Positions 11,250 to 24,728 of a stretch of 64,000 nucleotides of DNA are shown here, in pieces. Where the stretch lies: positions 84,320,001 to 84,384,000 of the forward strand of contig NC_135896.1 of NCBI RefSeq assembly GCF_964194155.1, in the 5' to 3' direction. The notes below the pieces were generated by a model. The model searched no databases. It saw only the letters and a program-made list of their open reading frames with translations, and was not told where the DNA came from. Each line of letters begins with the position of its first letter. Position 1 is the first letter of the stretch. A program made the position numbers and the translations under genes. Origin of the DNA: Cetorhinus maximus. Taxonomy: Eukaryota.

Positions 11250-11580
11250 ATAAAATCTATCAGATTGAACTGGAGGGGCTGGAGCTCTTTTCTCTAGAAA
11301 AGAGGTCGACGTGTGAGCCAATCTTTAAATCTGTAATCTTTGAAGTTCTGAAGGGATTTGATAGGGTAAATAGAGAAAAGATGTAGAAAAGATGTTTCCA
11401 GTTGTGAATAGAATTGATGCATTTTAAGGAGAAGCTAGATAAGCACACAAGGAAGAATGGAACAGAAATTTATGCAGATAGTGTTAAATGAAGTAGACTG
11501 GGAGGAAGCTCTTGTGGAGTAGAAACACCAACGTAAACTATCAGGCAAAATGGTCTGTTTCTGCACAGTAAATTTTATGT
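11250..11580 (+). mobile_element. CR1/HER1-like LINE 3' fragment
   Basis: LELFSLEKR...FEVLKGFDRVNREK, the CR1 ORF2 C-terminal motif, plus 3' tail. Confidence 0.7.
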
Positions 11581-12405
11581 AATTTGATGATTTTACAGTT
11601 ATCCTCAATCATAGGCTGCAACTTATACTCCAATATAACTTAATTCTGTTACGATGCTGTGGAGCCACATCTGGCCACATCTCTATATGTCACAACCAAG
11701 TAGATTTTATTATTAATTGGTGGCATTCATTACAATTAATTCATTTACTGAATACTGTAATTAATTAACTTACTGCCAGTGATTCGTGATTAATTAAGGT
11801 ATTCACTGTATTGGTTAAATCTTGCCTCATTGCATGCATTTAATAAAACTTAATTGCTCACTAAATTCAACAAAAAATCCATACTTTATAAATCAACCAT
11901 TACTCATTACAATAATTTATTAATTGAAAAAGAAAAGAAGGACTTTCATTTATATGACGCCTTACACCATTTTAGAGTCCCAGAGAAATATTCCTGTTCC
12001 TTCCTTGCCTGACAAATGCCTTAAGGGTTGCCTGTTTAGAACTCTCAAAGCCTGCGGATATGAGATTGTTATGACTGTACACTCCACCCATTTCTCTCTG
12101 AAGAAATACAACTAGATCCCCAATTACCATGACTAAATAGCCCCTCCACACCAGGTTTCAGTGGGAGAACTGGGCACTCTTTTAATCACTCACCAGAAAG
12201 ATAATTCTTGCAATAAAATGGATGCCCAGTCTCCAAAGATCTTCAACTGCAGTTCACACATTTTCAGGTGAAGAGGCCCCCTTCATCCTCCCTCCCACCT
12301 GTGTAAGATCTTCGATTGCTGATCATATGCCTGAAAATTGCACTTGCGCTCAGAAATATAAAGTGCCAAACGGGATTTCACATGGGCCACAGGAAATAAT
12401 GAAGT

Positions 12406-12835
12406 GTCAGTGCCATGGCTCAATAGGTAGCACTTCTGCCTGAGTCCAAAAGGTCATGGATCCAAGCCCTACTCCAGAGACTTGAGCAAAGTCTGAGACT
12501 CTAGTGCTGCACCAAGGGAATGCAGTGCTTTCTTTTGGATGAAATGTTAAACTGAGATCCCATCTGCCCTCTCAGATGAGCATAAAAGATCCCATGGCAC
12601 AATTTCAATTAAGAGCTGTTCTGGCCATTATTTACCCTTCACCAACATCACTAAAACAGTTTACTTGCCCATTATTATGCTGCTGTTTGTGGAACCTGGT
12701 TGCACCCAAATTAGCTGCCTTGTTTCCTACTAGAGTGAATGCACTTCCAAGGTATCTCATTGGCCATAAAGTACTCTGGAATGTCCCAAGGTCATGAAAG
12801 TAGTTATTTACATGAAAATCCTTTCATTTCTTTTT
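12406..12835 (+). mobile_element. DeuSINE/SacSINE1-like SINE
   Basis: tRNA-like head (tggctcaataggtagcact), core gaaatgttaaactgagatcccatctgccctctcag...aaagatcccatggcac, and tail. Confidence 0.75.
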
Positions 12836-13099
12836 ATGAAAGTGCAACTGAGTAGTATAACTCCTGCCCATAATTATGGCATTAAATGTGATAAAATGAG
12901 CTGACAGGAAGAGTGGGCTGTTGAAAAATGATACTACTTCCTTTATTGGATTTTAATACTACTTCACATTAAAGTCCCATATATTGGTTATGGGGCATGT
13001 CACTGATCAGCTGTAGATTACTCAAGGATGCAACTTACATTCTCAAGTTTGAAGAGTAATGAAAACCTCTTAAATATCTCCCCAGGAGTTTGTAATCCT

Positions 13100-13815
13100 G
13101 CCCCAAGCTCTCGTGGTCCAGCTATATGCTCTCTCCACCACCCGTGTTCCGTGGCTTCAGTGTATCTAAGATATCCTCCACCAACTTGCCGAGGATTCTT
13201 TGGTAGCACCTCCTAAACCACGACCTCCACCACTTAGAACGAAAAGGGCAACAGATGCATGGGAACACCATCATCCCCAAGCTCGTCTCCAAGTCACACA
13301 CAATTCCGAGTTGGTTTCAAATTAATTTTCAGAATGTGGGTGTTGCTGACAAGGCCATCATTTATTGCCCTTCCCTTGAGAAGAAGGTGGTGAGTTGCCT
13401 TCTTGAATCACTGCGGTGGGTTAGAGGTGCCTCCAGTTGTGTACTGCCATTGTCCTTTCAGATGGTGGAGGTTTTTTAAAAATTCATGGGATGTGGGCTT
13501 CGCTGGCAGCCCCACCATTTATTGCCCATCCCTAGTTGCCCTTGAGAAAAAGGTGGCGAGCTGTCTTCTTGAACTGCTGCAGGTTACAGGTTTGGGAGGC
13601 ACTACTGACATTTAATGTGACAACTTAGACACACATCATGATTCCTTCATCGTCACTGGGCCCAAATCATGGAGCTCCCTATCTGATTGCATCATGGTAG
13701 CACCTTCAGCACATGGACCTTATGAAGAAGGCCCAGCAACATTTTCTCAATGGAAACTAGCAGTGGGCAATAAACTTCGATCCTGCCAGTAATGCCCAAA
13801 TCTCGAGAATGGTTT
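13100..13815 (+). mobile_element. CR1-group family B 3' fragment with two short antisense 3'-end copies inside
   Basis: Matches 54660-55040. gccatcatttattgccc..cccttgagaagaaggtgg occurs twice in antisense (about 13330-13475 and 13480-13585). Confidence 0.6.
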
Positions 13816-13839
13816 AAAGGAAAAAGGCATTTCAGCCTA

Positions 13840-14092
13840 CCAGTAGATATCCAATGCTTCGATTTGAAAATGCCCATCCTTGTTTTAAAATCCTTTCCTG
13901 ATCTAATCCCTGCCAATCTCTATTACCTCCTCTAGCCCTACAACCTTTGAAATCTCTGCACCCATCCAATCCTAGCTTCTTGCACAATCTCTAGTTTCTT
14001 TGCTCCATCATTGATGGCTGCGTTTTCAGCTGTCCCAACCCATAAGCTGTAGAATTACCTTCTTAAGCTGCTATGCCTCACAACATCTCTCC
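13840..14092 (+). mobile_element. L2-like 3' fragment
   Basis: Reverse of the 47290-47530 motif set. Confidence 0.55.
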
Positions 14093-14666
14093 TCATACGA
14101 ACATATAAATATATGAATTAGGAGCAGGTGTAGGCCTTTGGCCCCTAAAGCCTGCTCCACCATTTAATAGGATCTTGGCTGATCTGACTGTCAGCTCAAA
14201 TCTACTTTCCAGCCTATCCCCAAACCCTTTGGCTGCTTTATCAATCCACAAGCTGTCCGACTCAGCGTTAACAAATTCAATGATCTTGCCTTCACTGCAA
14301 TCTGGGAAAGAGAATTCCATAGATTAATAACCCTCTGAGAGAAAATAGATTTTCCTCATCTCTGTCTTAAATGGGAGACCCCTTATTTTTAAACTGTGCC
14401 CCCTTTTTCTAGTCTCTCCCATCAGGGGACACATCCTTTCAGCATCTACCTTGTCAAGTGCCCTCAGGAACTTATATGTTTCAATAAGATCACCTCTCAT
14501 TCTTCTAAACTCCGATGGATACTGGCCCAACCTGTCCAAACGTTTCTCATAAGATAAGCCCTTCATCTAAGGGATCAGTTGAGTGAACGTTCTCTGAATA
14601 CTTTGAATGCAATTATATCTTTTCTTAAGGAATGAGACCAAAACTGTCCACAATTCTGCAGATGCG

Positions 14667-15422
14667 GCATGTGATCTTGTTGAGGCATCGGGGGAGAGCC
14701 GACGAGAGACCCGCACTGCTTCTTTCCTGGAAGGCCAACCGAGCACAAGCCGATCAGGCAGTGGCGAGGCCAATGGCAGGCCTTCCCCTGGAATTGGGAC
14801 CCAAGGGAGGAAATGTGGCCTACCGAGACCTATCAGCCAATCAGAGGCTGGCAGCGCTTGTGCTTAGCAGTGCCACAGGGGAGGCCATGGGTGTTACTGG
14901 AAGGACAGGCACTGGAGTCCCAGGATCACATAGTGACGCAGGCCACAGGTAAGTGATGTGGGTATTGGGGGGGCTGCCATTTGCTGGTTGGGGGGTCACA
15001 GAAAGAAGGGTGCAGGGGGAGTCGGCAGCAATGACTCTCAGCAGGCACCCCTTTCCTGGTGTCCAGTCCCTTGATCAGGCACAGGGTGCCTCTGATCAAG
15101 GGACAAATCTGCCCCCTCACCCCTCTTGTGTGACAAGCAGCTTGCACAGGTTTACCTGTCATGCATGCCACATGCTAACAGGCCCACCTGCAGATGTGTT
15201 AATACCAGTGGCACCGGGATGAGGCTCTTAACTGGTCACTAATTCACCACCTAAGGACCTCAGTTGGTGTTGGGGAAGGAAGGTTGACCATGGACCTTCC
15301 CACTCAGAACTTAATTTGGGCGGAGGCGGGATGGTGGCTGGGTTCCAGTACATCACCATCCCACCTAACTAGATGCCTTTCCCACCTCTAAGCTGGGCAC
15401 CAGCGAGAGCACAAGATTCTGT
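14667..15422. mobile_element. Non-autonomous DNA transposon (Harbinger-like MITE) inside the CR1
   Basis: GC-rich block that splits contiguous CR1 ORF2 sequence. Weak TIR (gatcttgt/acaagatt). Shares gccaatca.a.gctggcagc with the element at 56735. Confidence 0.55.
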
Positions 15423-18051
15423 TGGTGATTTCACTAACACCCTGTAAAACAGTAGCAAAACTTCCCTATTTTTATACTTCATTCCCCTTGCAATAAACAA
15501 CAACATTCCAGTTGCCTTCTTGCTGTACCTGCATATGGAATTTTGTGTTTCATGTACCAGGATACTCAAAATCCTCTGTACTAGACAGTTCTACAATTGC
15601 TCTCTATTTAAATAATATACTGTTTTTCTATTCTTTCTGCCGAAGTTGACAGGTTCACATTTTCATATTTCACCTGTCGTTCTTTTCCCCACTCACTTAA
15701 TCTATCTATATCTCTTTGCAGACTCCTTAAGTCCTCTTCACAACTTACTCTCCTACTTAACTTTGTGTCATCAACAAGTTTAGCAATCATACATTTGGTC
15801 CCTATTTTGGTGTCATCAGCAAATTTAGCTGCCATGCTTTGGTCCCTTCATCTATATCTCTGCTTCCTATTAGCTAACCAATCCTCTAAATTAAGGAATT
15901 ACCTCCTACACCATGAGCTTTTATACTGTGTAGTAATCTTTGATGTATTATCCTTTGTTGCAGTAACCTTAACAAATGCCTTTTGGAAATTCAAGTACAC
16001 CATATCTCCTTTATCCACATTGCTTGTTATCTCTTCAAAGAACTCTAATAAATTAATCCTTTTCACATAACCATGTTGACTCTTGATTGCATTAAGATTT
16101 TCTAAATGCCCTGCTATACCCTCCTCAATAATAGATTCTAGCATTTTCCGAATGACCAATATTAGATTAGTGGCCTGTAGTTTCCTGCTTTCTGCCTCCA
16201 TCCTTTCTTGAATAGAGTAGTTACATTTGTTATTTGTTATTTTCCAATCTGATGGGACCTGTTCATAACCTAGGTAATTTTGGAAAAGTATAACAATATA
16301 TCCACTATCTCCACAACCACTTTTTTTTAACACTCTAGGGTGAAATCCATTAGGTCCTGGAGATTTGTCAGCCTTTGGTTCTAATTCAGTACCCTTTCCC
16401 TGCTGTTTTCCCTCTCTCTCATCTCCTGATTCACACTTATTTCTGGGGTGTTATTTGCATCCTCTACAGTAAAGACAGATGCAAAGTATCTGTTCAGTTC
16501 AGCCATCATTTCCTTATTCCCCACTATTAATTCCCCAGACTCATTCTCCAGAGGGGCAACACTCAATTTAGTTACTGTTTCCCTTTTTAAATACTTGTAG
16601 AAACTCTTACTATCTGATTTTGTATTTCTAACTAGCTTTCTCTCATACTCTAATTTCTTCGTCCTTATTTATTTTAGTCATTCTTTGCTGGCTTCTAAAC
16701 TCTGTTGAATCTTCTGACCTACCACTAATCTTCACAGAAGCTTTTTCTTTCAATTTGATACAATCTTTAACTTCCTGAGTTAGCCACGGATAGTGCAACC
16801 TTGATGAACAATCTTTCTTTTTCACTGGAATGTATCTATGCTGAGTATTATGAAATAGCTCCTTAAATGTCTGCCACTGCATTTCTACGGACCCACCCCT
16901 TAACCTAATTTCCCAGTTCAGTCTTTGTACCCTTGTAATTGCCTTTATTTAGGTTTAAAGCCCTAGTCTTAAACTTATTCTTCTCTCCCTCAAACTGAAG
17001 CCAAAATTCAGCCATGTTATGATTATTCCTGCCCAGATGTTCCTTTACTATGAGGTGATTAATTAATGCTGTCTCATTGCACATTACCAGGTCTAGAATA
17101 GCCTACTTTCTGGTTGGCTCTGGAATGTGCGGCTCTAAAAAATTGTCCTGAAAACACTCTATGAACTCATCTTCCAGACTACCTTTGACAATCTGATTCA
17201 CCCAATCTATATGTAGATTAAAATCACCCATGATTATTTCCATGCCTTTCTTACAAGCTGCCATTATTTATTCCTGTATAATCCCATCCTACAGTGTAGT
17301 TACTGTTAGGGGGCCTATAAACTACTCCCACAAGTGACTTCTTACATTTGCTATTTCTTATCTCTACCCAAACTGATTCTAAGTCTTGATCTTTAGAGCT
17401 AAAGTCATCCTCAGTATTGTACTAATATCATCCTTCACTAACAGAATTACCCTTCCACCTTTTCCTAGCTAGCTGTCCTTCTGAAATGTCAAGTACCCTT
17501 GATTATTCAGGTCCCAGCCTTGGTTACCTTGCAGTCATATCTCTGCAATGGCTTTCAGATCACACATATTTATTTATATTTAAGCTGACAATTCATGCAT
17601 TTTGTTATGAATGCTATGCGCATTCAGATACAGAGCCTTCAGTTCTGTCTTCTTAATACTTTTGCAAACTCTGGCCTTATCTGTTGGTGCACTTTTAAGT
17701 TTGTATGCTCTGTCCCTTCCTGCATTGTCTGATTATCATTACCTTTATAGCTTGCTTTCTTCCTTTTCCTTCCCCTTCTGTCACCTGATCACTCGCCCCC
17801 CCACCCCCCACCCCACCCACCATTCTGCTATTTAGTTTAAATCCCTCTCTACTACCCCATTATATGACTCGTCAGAACACTGGTCTCAGCACAGTTCGGC
17901 TGAAGACCATCTCGAAGGTACAGCTCCCACTTTCTCAAGCACTGGTCTCAATGCCCCATGAATCAAAACCCATTTTTCGCACACTAATATTTGAGCCATA
18001 CTTTCAAATCCATAGTCTTATTTATCCTGCACCAATTCGCCTATAACTCAG

Positions 18052-18758
18052 GGGCAGAGTTTTGCCGTCGGCGAGCAGGGGGCGGGGCCCACTTGCTAAC
18101 GTGTAAAATGACATGGGATGACATCGGGGGGAATCCCTGATGTCATCCCGGCCCATTTAAATTTTCAGGAAGGTGGGGGCACAGCGAAATCAGCTGTGGG
18201 CCCGTTGACCTGTCAATGGCCAATTGAGGCAATTGACAGGATCAATTATACAATTAAAGCTCCTGCCCGTCCAACCTTAAGGTTGGCGGGTCGGCCAGGA
18301 GCCCTGGCGGGCAATAGAAAAAACATGAAACCTCATCCACCGGCAGGATGAGGTTTCATGTAGGGTTTAAAAATGTTTAATAAACTTATTATGTAAATTA
18401 TGAACATGTCCCATCTCATGTGACATTGTCACATGAGGGGGACATGTTAAAGAATTTTTTTTTTCTATTTTTAATATTTTTTAAATTGTCAGCGATCTCC
18501 CTGAGGCTGCACTTAGCCTCAGGGAGATGTGCGCTCTTTCGTGTGCATGTGCGAAAGAGCGCACTTTCACTTTTGGGGAATCCCCTCCGCCTGCACAGGA
18601 AGTGCATAGCGCTTCCCGCCAGGCGTCACGCTGGGTGGGCCTTAATTGGCCCGCCCACGTAAAATGGTGGCGGGGCCCGCTTCTCCGGCGGGGATCGTCT
18701 CCACGCCCACTGGAGATTGGATCGGTCCCGCCCGCCCGACAGGCAGAAAATTCTGCCC
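18052..18758. mobile_element. Harbinger-like MITE
   Basis: TIRs gggcagagtttt / aaaattctgccc. CpG-rich. Internal motifs are shared, inverted, with 61320-61655. Confidence 0.8.
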
Positions 18759-18945
18759 ATAGAGTTATACAGCACAGAAACAGGCCCTTCAGCCCATCGT
18801 GTCCGCGCCAGCCATCAAGCACCTATCTATTCTAATCCCACTTTCCAGCACTTGGCCGTAGCCCTATATGCTGTGGCGTTTCAAGTGCTTATCTAAATAC
18901 ATCTTAAATGTTGTGAGGGTTCCTGCCTCTACCACCCCCTCAGGC
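18759..18945 (-). mobile_element. Short CR1/HER1-like 3' end
   Basis: Very similar to 36310-36497 and 55330-55522. Confidence 0.8.
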
Positions 18946-18974
18946 AGTTTGCTTTGTACTTGAGCCATAGCTGC

Positions 18975-19636
18975 TCATGCTTCCTAAGCAGAACCTCTTT
19001 TCTATGTTATTGATATTTACATGGACTACGATAACTGGATCCTCCCCCTCCCACTGCAAGTTCCTCTCCAGCCCTGAGCAGAGGTCCCGAACCCTGGTGT
19101 TGGGCAGGCAACACAGCCATCTAGACTCTTGCTCTCGGTTACAGAGAACAGTGTCTGTCCCAGTGACTATATTGTCCCGTACTACTACTACATTCCTATT
19201 TACTCCCTCCGCTTGAATGTCTTCCTGTACCATGGTGCAATGGGCAGTTTACTCATCTACTTTGCAACTCCACTTTCATCCATACAGGCTGCAAGAACTT
19301 CAAACCTGTTGAACACTTGCAAAGGCTGAGGCCCCTCCACTTCTACATTCTCGGTCCTCATACCTGACCTGCATTCGCACCCCGTTGTTCCTGACCATAG
19401 ACCAAGTCAAAAAACTCTAGAGTAAGGACTGCGACTGCCTCCTTGAACAAAGCGTTCAGGTAACTTTCCCCGTCCCCGAGACATCTCAGCATCTGAAGCT
19501 CGCCCTCCAACTCATTAACTCTGGGCCGAAGCTCCTCATGTCTCAGACACTTGCTGCACAAGTGTTTGCCTTGAATCACACTGGTGTCCATGAGATTCCA
19601 TGTACTGCAGCTGCAACACATCACTAGCCGAGCCAT
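18975..19636 (-). pseudogene. CR1 ORF1 (Cys zinc finger, leucine zipper, SGNH esterase)
   Basis: CCSC...CSKC...LRPRVNELEGEL, then VVVVRDNIV...CCLPNTRVRD...VVHVNINNI. Confidence 0.85.
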
Positions 19637-19983
19637 CTTTATTGTGTTTTAATTAACTAATTAATTAATTTCTTAAATTTTAATGAATGCCTCTAGTCTT
19701 GCTTGCGCTTATATTCTTATTATTTCAATTAATATTCCACATACCCCAACTGAAATTCCTTAGCTTAGATAAGATAAATAGGAAATAATCACCAGCCAAT
19801 CACCTATCTGCTTCCCTGTGATATTGCACCTCGATTTTCCTATCCTAATGTGGGCTCTGATTAGCCACTGGCACTGCTCTTATTCCCAACTCTGCCCTGC
19901 AGTCTCACAGTTTTAAACCCCAAAGTCTTGCTGTTTTTGTTTCGTCTTGCATTATGGGTCTAAATGGGGTTTCTTTAGGGTTT

Positions 19984-20765
19984 ACATAAGAACATAAGAA
20001 ATAGGAGCAGAAGTAGGCCATTCGGCCCCTCAAACCTGCCCCGCCATTTAAGAAGATCATGGCTGATCTGCCCCAGGCCTCAACTTTTCTTTCGTGCCAA
20101 CTCCTCACAGCCCTCAACACCCCGATATTTTAGAAATCTATCTATCTCACCTTTAAATACTTTCAGTGATCTAGCTTCCACAACTCTCTGAGGTAGAGAA
20201 TTCCAGACATTCACTGTACTCCGAGAGAAGAAATTTCTCCACATCTCAGTTTCAAATGAGTGCCCCCTTATTCTGCAACTTTATCCCCTAGTTCGAGATT
20301 CCCCAATAGTGGAAACATCTTCTTAACATCTACCCTTTCAAGCCCCCTCAGAATCTTGTACGTTTCAATAAGATCACCCCTCATTCTTCTAAACTCTGGT
20401 GAATAAAGGCCTAACCTATTTAGCCATTCTTGATAAGTCAACCCTTTCACCCCAGGAATCAGCCCAGTGAATGTCATTTCAACTGCCACCAATGCCAGTA
20501 TGCCCTTTCTTAAATTCGGGGATCAAAACTGTACACAGTACTCTAGGTGCGGCCTCACCAACACCCTGTACAGTTGTAACATGACTTCTCTATTTTTAAA
20601 CTCCATCTCCCTAGCAATACAGGCCAAAATTCCATTTGCCTTCTTAATTACTGTCCGCACCTACCGTTTGTGTTTCATACACAAGAACATCCAGATCCCT
20701 CTGTGCTGCACTTTTTTGGAGTCTCTCTATGTTTAATTAATAGTCTGCCTTTTGATTTTTCCTAC
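19984..20765 (-). mobile_element. CR1/HER1-like LINE 3' fragment
   Basis: LNRLGLYSPEFRRMRGDLIETYKILRG and an (acataaga)n tail. Confidence 0.85.
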
Positions 20766-20849
20766 CATTTTGAGGTTGAGGATGAACTGCACTCTCTTGT
20801 TATTCAATAGGAGTGTCTTCCACCTGCGTGATTGTACAGTTTCTATTTG

Positions 20850-21950
20850 TGTTACGACCAGTTCCTGGCCGAGGTTTCCCCAACTTGTTACGATCCCGGA
20901 CAAGGCATCCCAAATTGCTATGCTCCCGGGTGAGGAGGGATGAACTGGTTCCCTTTCTTAATTCAACGCCTATGGTTGGTTGCAACAAGGTTAATTTAAA
21001 AAGGATCCCTCCTCTCGTGGATACCTTTTCCCAGTCCAAATGTATTTATGTTTTAGAAGGAGCCAATTTAACCAGGCTTTCTTGAGCCAAAGAAAGAGTG
21101 AGTTTATTAGTTACTAAAACGCAAGAAAAATAATAAAAACACAATACACACACACACAGATCAGAAATGAGAAGTGAGCCCAGAAGTAAAAGTAAAAAAA
21201 AAGGATATACAATTCACTCCTTTGGCTTGTCTGTGAGGAGCAGATGGTGAAACGTTGCAGCCATTAAGTTGGGTAATTCCAGTAGAGCTAACTTTGGTAG
21301 TTAAGCAGTTGATTTGGAGACACTGGGTTCTACAGGTTAGCTGAAAGGAGTTGTCCTGTTTCCTTTTTGACTGTGGCTTTGCTGACTTGTATCAGCAATC
21401 AGAGAGGACTTTTTTCGCCTGCAGGCGCAGGCGCAGGCGCAAGGATGCCTCGTTGATGTTCTTCAGCTGTGACCTTTACAGCACACCAGGCTTGGAACAC
21501 CAAAACTAGCATACAGACACCAGGGTTGCAGTTGGCTTTTAACCCCTTTTCTTGTGTATTCCTGGAAGGGAAAAACAAACATATATTTCACCCAGAAGCT
21601 GCTTTCTTTCAACTCAGTTCATGTTCACAGTCTGCAATATAACTCAACAGGAGATGGTTATCAATTTCTATTACTTCCTTGGCCATAAGAGATTACAGTG
21701 AAGTTTTTGAATTGCAGCTCTTTCTTTGATGTGTCTCTGAAGTAGGTCTTGACATCTTTTAGGTGCGACATTCCGTTGTCTCTGGATTAATTGGTCAAGT
21801 GAAATCCACATAGCAATTTTCCAACAAGAGGTTCCTTTAGAGTCTCAGCCAACTTTTGCTTGCATGTCCTTTTTTAAAAAAAAACACAGGTCTTATTTAG
21901 AAGTTCAATATGCCCATAAGTAATTCGGGCTATGATCCGCCATCATGACA
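20850..21950 (-). mobile_element. Solo LTR (1101 bp)
   Basis: TGT...ACA termini with a perfect 5-bp TSD ATTTG (20845-20849, 21951-21955). Confidence 0.85.
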
Positions 21951-21959
21951 ATTTGTTCC

Positions 21960-24715
21960 TGGTCCTTTGTCTCCATCCAGATCTAAATAGTATGTCCGAG
22001 GCCCCATATTCCAATCCAATGTTATCAAGGCTTCCCTGTTCCTTCTGATATTTCCCTGGTCCATCTCAACTCTATAAGGTCTCGATCATGGAGCTCTTAC
22101 TATTATAATGCCTTCTTTCTGTTGATCTCATATCCACATCCTCTCCGTGGGCTGTAGCACTTATAAGCCTCGGGTTCTGTGCCTGAAGTTGCCAAGCTTG
22201 ACTGTGTCTTTGTTGCTCCTCATGCTTTCTAACTCTCTCATGATCATCTGGGGTAATGTTATTTTGTAGCGTTTGTTGTCGAACTGGAAGTGATGTTTGC
22301 AGCTGTCCTCCACTCTATAGTTCTGATGTGAGTACCTATTTTTTTTTAGCCGTGACATTCCATAGTTAAGGGATAAGTTACTTTCTTTGTTCTTTTGCAT
22401 CAATTCCTCGATTGTTTGAACTCCTCTTTCTGCTTCCTTGTTCGACTGAGGATATCTAGGTGCACTGGTCACATGCATGAAAATATATTCCTGCACAAAG
22501 TTATGGAACAGTTTGTTAGTAAGCTGAGGACTGTTTTCTGACACCACAACATATGAGAAGCCATGTGTCACGAAGATTCATGATGCAATGCGGTCTACTC
22601 AATTCAAACCATCTGGAGTAGCACTCAATGAGATGATGAAAACTTTTCCTTTAAACTCAAATAAATCCATTCCCAGGTGCTGCTATATCCTCAAAGGAAA
22701 AGTAGAGGGTGCCAGTAGTTCACCCTGCTGTTGGCTATTCAATGCACACGTAAGGGAATTCATGATTAACTCTTCAATGGAATGAGTGATGCCTGGCCAC
22801 CAGCCTGACTGCTGGGCTCTTACTTGGCATTTCACTATTCCTAAGTGACCTTGATGGATTTTCTGGAGAATGTAGAGTTGAAGTGTTTTAGGGATGACTA
22901 GTCTCTCATTGAGAATGAATAAATCATCAATGAATGTGAGACGTTCTCTCAGTTCTAAGTATTGAAAAAATACTGGTTTGTTAGGAGTATAACCTAACCA
23001 TCCATTCTGGCAATACTCATCTTGCTGTTGTGCTTGTATAATCTCTTGTAATCTCTTTCCTGTGGCTGGTAAGTGTTTAGTCATGAGTGAAGTATATTCT
23101 TCCAATCCCTCAATGAACTTTAAATCTTCCAGTTTGATCAATCCATTGGTATTCTTGATGGTGCATTTGCTGTTGCCTAGTATTGCCTGTGAATGTACTC
23201 AGTAACTGAATCATATCTCATGAGTCTCAGTCTAAAATGTTGAAACCTAGTCATCATTTTTGCAATTTCCTTTACGTTAAGAGGAGTAACCAAAGGCTTG
23301 TGGCTGATTTCAATTTTAAACCTTAAACCCATCACAAAATCAGAGAACTTGTCTCAGTCCCTTTCGGCTGCTAATGATTTTTCTCAATGGTTGTATTTCT
23401 TTTCTTGGTGTCCATAAGAGATGTTGAGGTGTAGTAATCAGTCTTCTTTTCCCATATTTTTGAACTTGAAACAGCACTGCACCCAAGCCTGTAGATGATG
23501 TTGGCGATTCTGGATTGTAATGCGCTAGAATTTCTGGTGAAATCAGGAGATTTTTGATCTTGTCAAAAGCATTTTGCAGGTCCATATTCCAGCACCACTT
23601 GACCTTATTTCAACAGTTATCATAATGGCTCATTGATTCCTTCCAAATTTGGTAGGAACTTGCCTACTTAGTTGACCATCCAAAGGAATCTTTGTAATTC
23701 TGTGATGGCTCTCGGCTGTCGGGACCCTCTAGTTGCCTTGATTTTCTGCCAGTTGGCAGTAATTTCTAACACTTGCACAATGAGCCCTAAGAATTTTATC
23801 ATATGCTTTGCAAATTCACATTTGTTGTTTAATGTCAAACTTGCTTCTTGTAGAACCTTGAGGATTGCTCTCATTCAATGGCCATGTCCTTTCCTCGATG
23901 AACCACGTATGAGAATGTCGACCATATGGCATATTACTCCTTCCATGTCTTCCAGGGTCTGAGACATCATTCTTTGGAATGTCTCAGGTACAGAAGCAAT
24001 TCCGAATGGTAACCTGTTAAAATAATGATAACCAAATGGGGTGAAAAGGGTAGTTAAAAATCTGGATTCTTCATCCAGAGGCAACTGTCAAAAGTCACTG
24101 CTTGCATACAATTTTGTGAAGAGGGTGCTTTTTGCTAATTTGGTGAGACTTTCATCCACTGATGCCATTGGGTGAATCTTTAATTGAATCATTAGTCTTG
24201 GTGCTGTGGCCATTCCAGAACAGCACTTAATGGTTACTGGAGAGATGATCCGTTGTTATAACAGGTGTTCAATCTCGATCTTGACTTTGTCCAGTGGTTG
24301 AGGGACTTTCCTCACTGTGGAGGTATATATAGGGTTAGCATCAGCCCTTTGGATTGTGAAATTCTGATTTCAGCTTTCCCAAATGGGGTTGGAAATTCAT
24401 TTCTGCTCTTCAGAAATTTTATCAACCTTGTAAATCAGCCTCAACTGCAAACATGCTTCCCTGATGAGTAATGATGACTCCTGGTTCTTTATCACATACA
24501 GGGGTTCCAAACTTTCTTTATCCTTGTATCTTAATCCCCCAAGTTGCTGGCCTATCACTTTCAGTATAGTCCCTCCTGCAACTTGCAACTAAATAGAGGA
24601 TGGCTGTAATGTGATATTTTTAAGCCACGTTACTTCATCAGGTAATACTGAAACACCCTCACCACTACCTAGCTTGAATTCTGCGGGGTGACCATCAACT
24701 TCTAATTTAATGCTC
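21960..24715 (-). pseudogene. pol: Gypsy pol (protease, RT, RNase H, integrase)
   Basis: TPFGYHYFNRLPFGIASVPETFQR...HMVDILI; HQGHLGIVKC...WWPGI; HVTSAPRYPQSNKEAER. Many stops and frameshifts. Confidence 0.92.
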
Positions 24716-24728
24716 CAATAATTAATTC

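Larger units (their letters stand above)
14095..19940 (-). mobile_element. Near full-length decayed CR1/HER1-like LINE with insertions
   Basis: Collinear 5'UTR repeat (~19900), ORF1, endonuclease, RT (VYLNFQKAF, KFADDTK) and C-terminus (GLSYEKRLDRLG...RRMRGDLIETYK), then the tail at ~14100. May be a mosaic of more than one copy. Confidence 0.8.
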
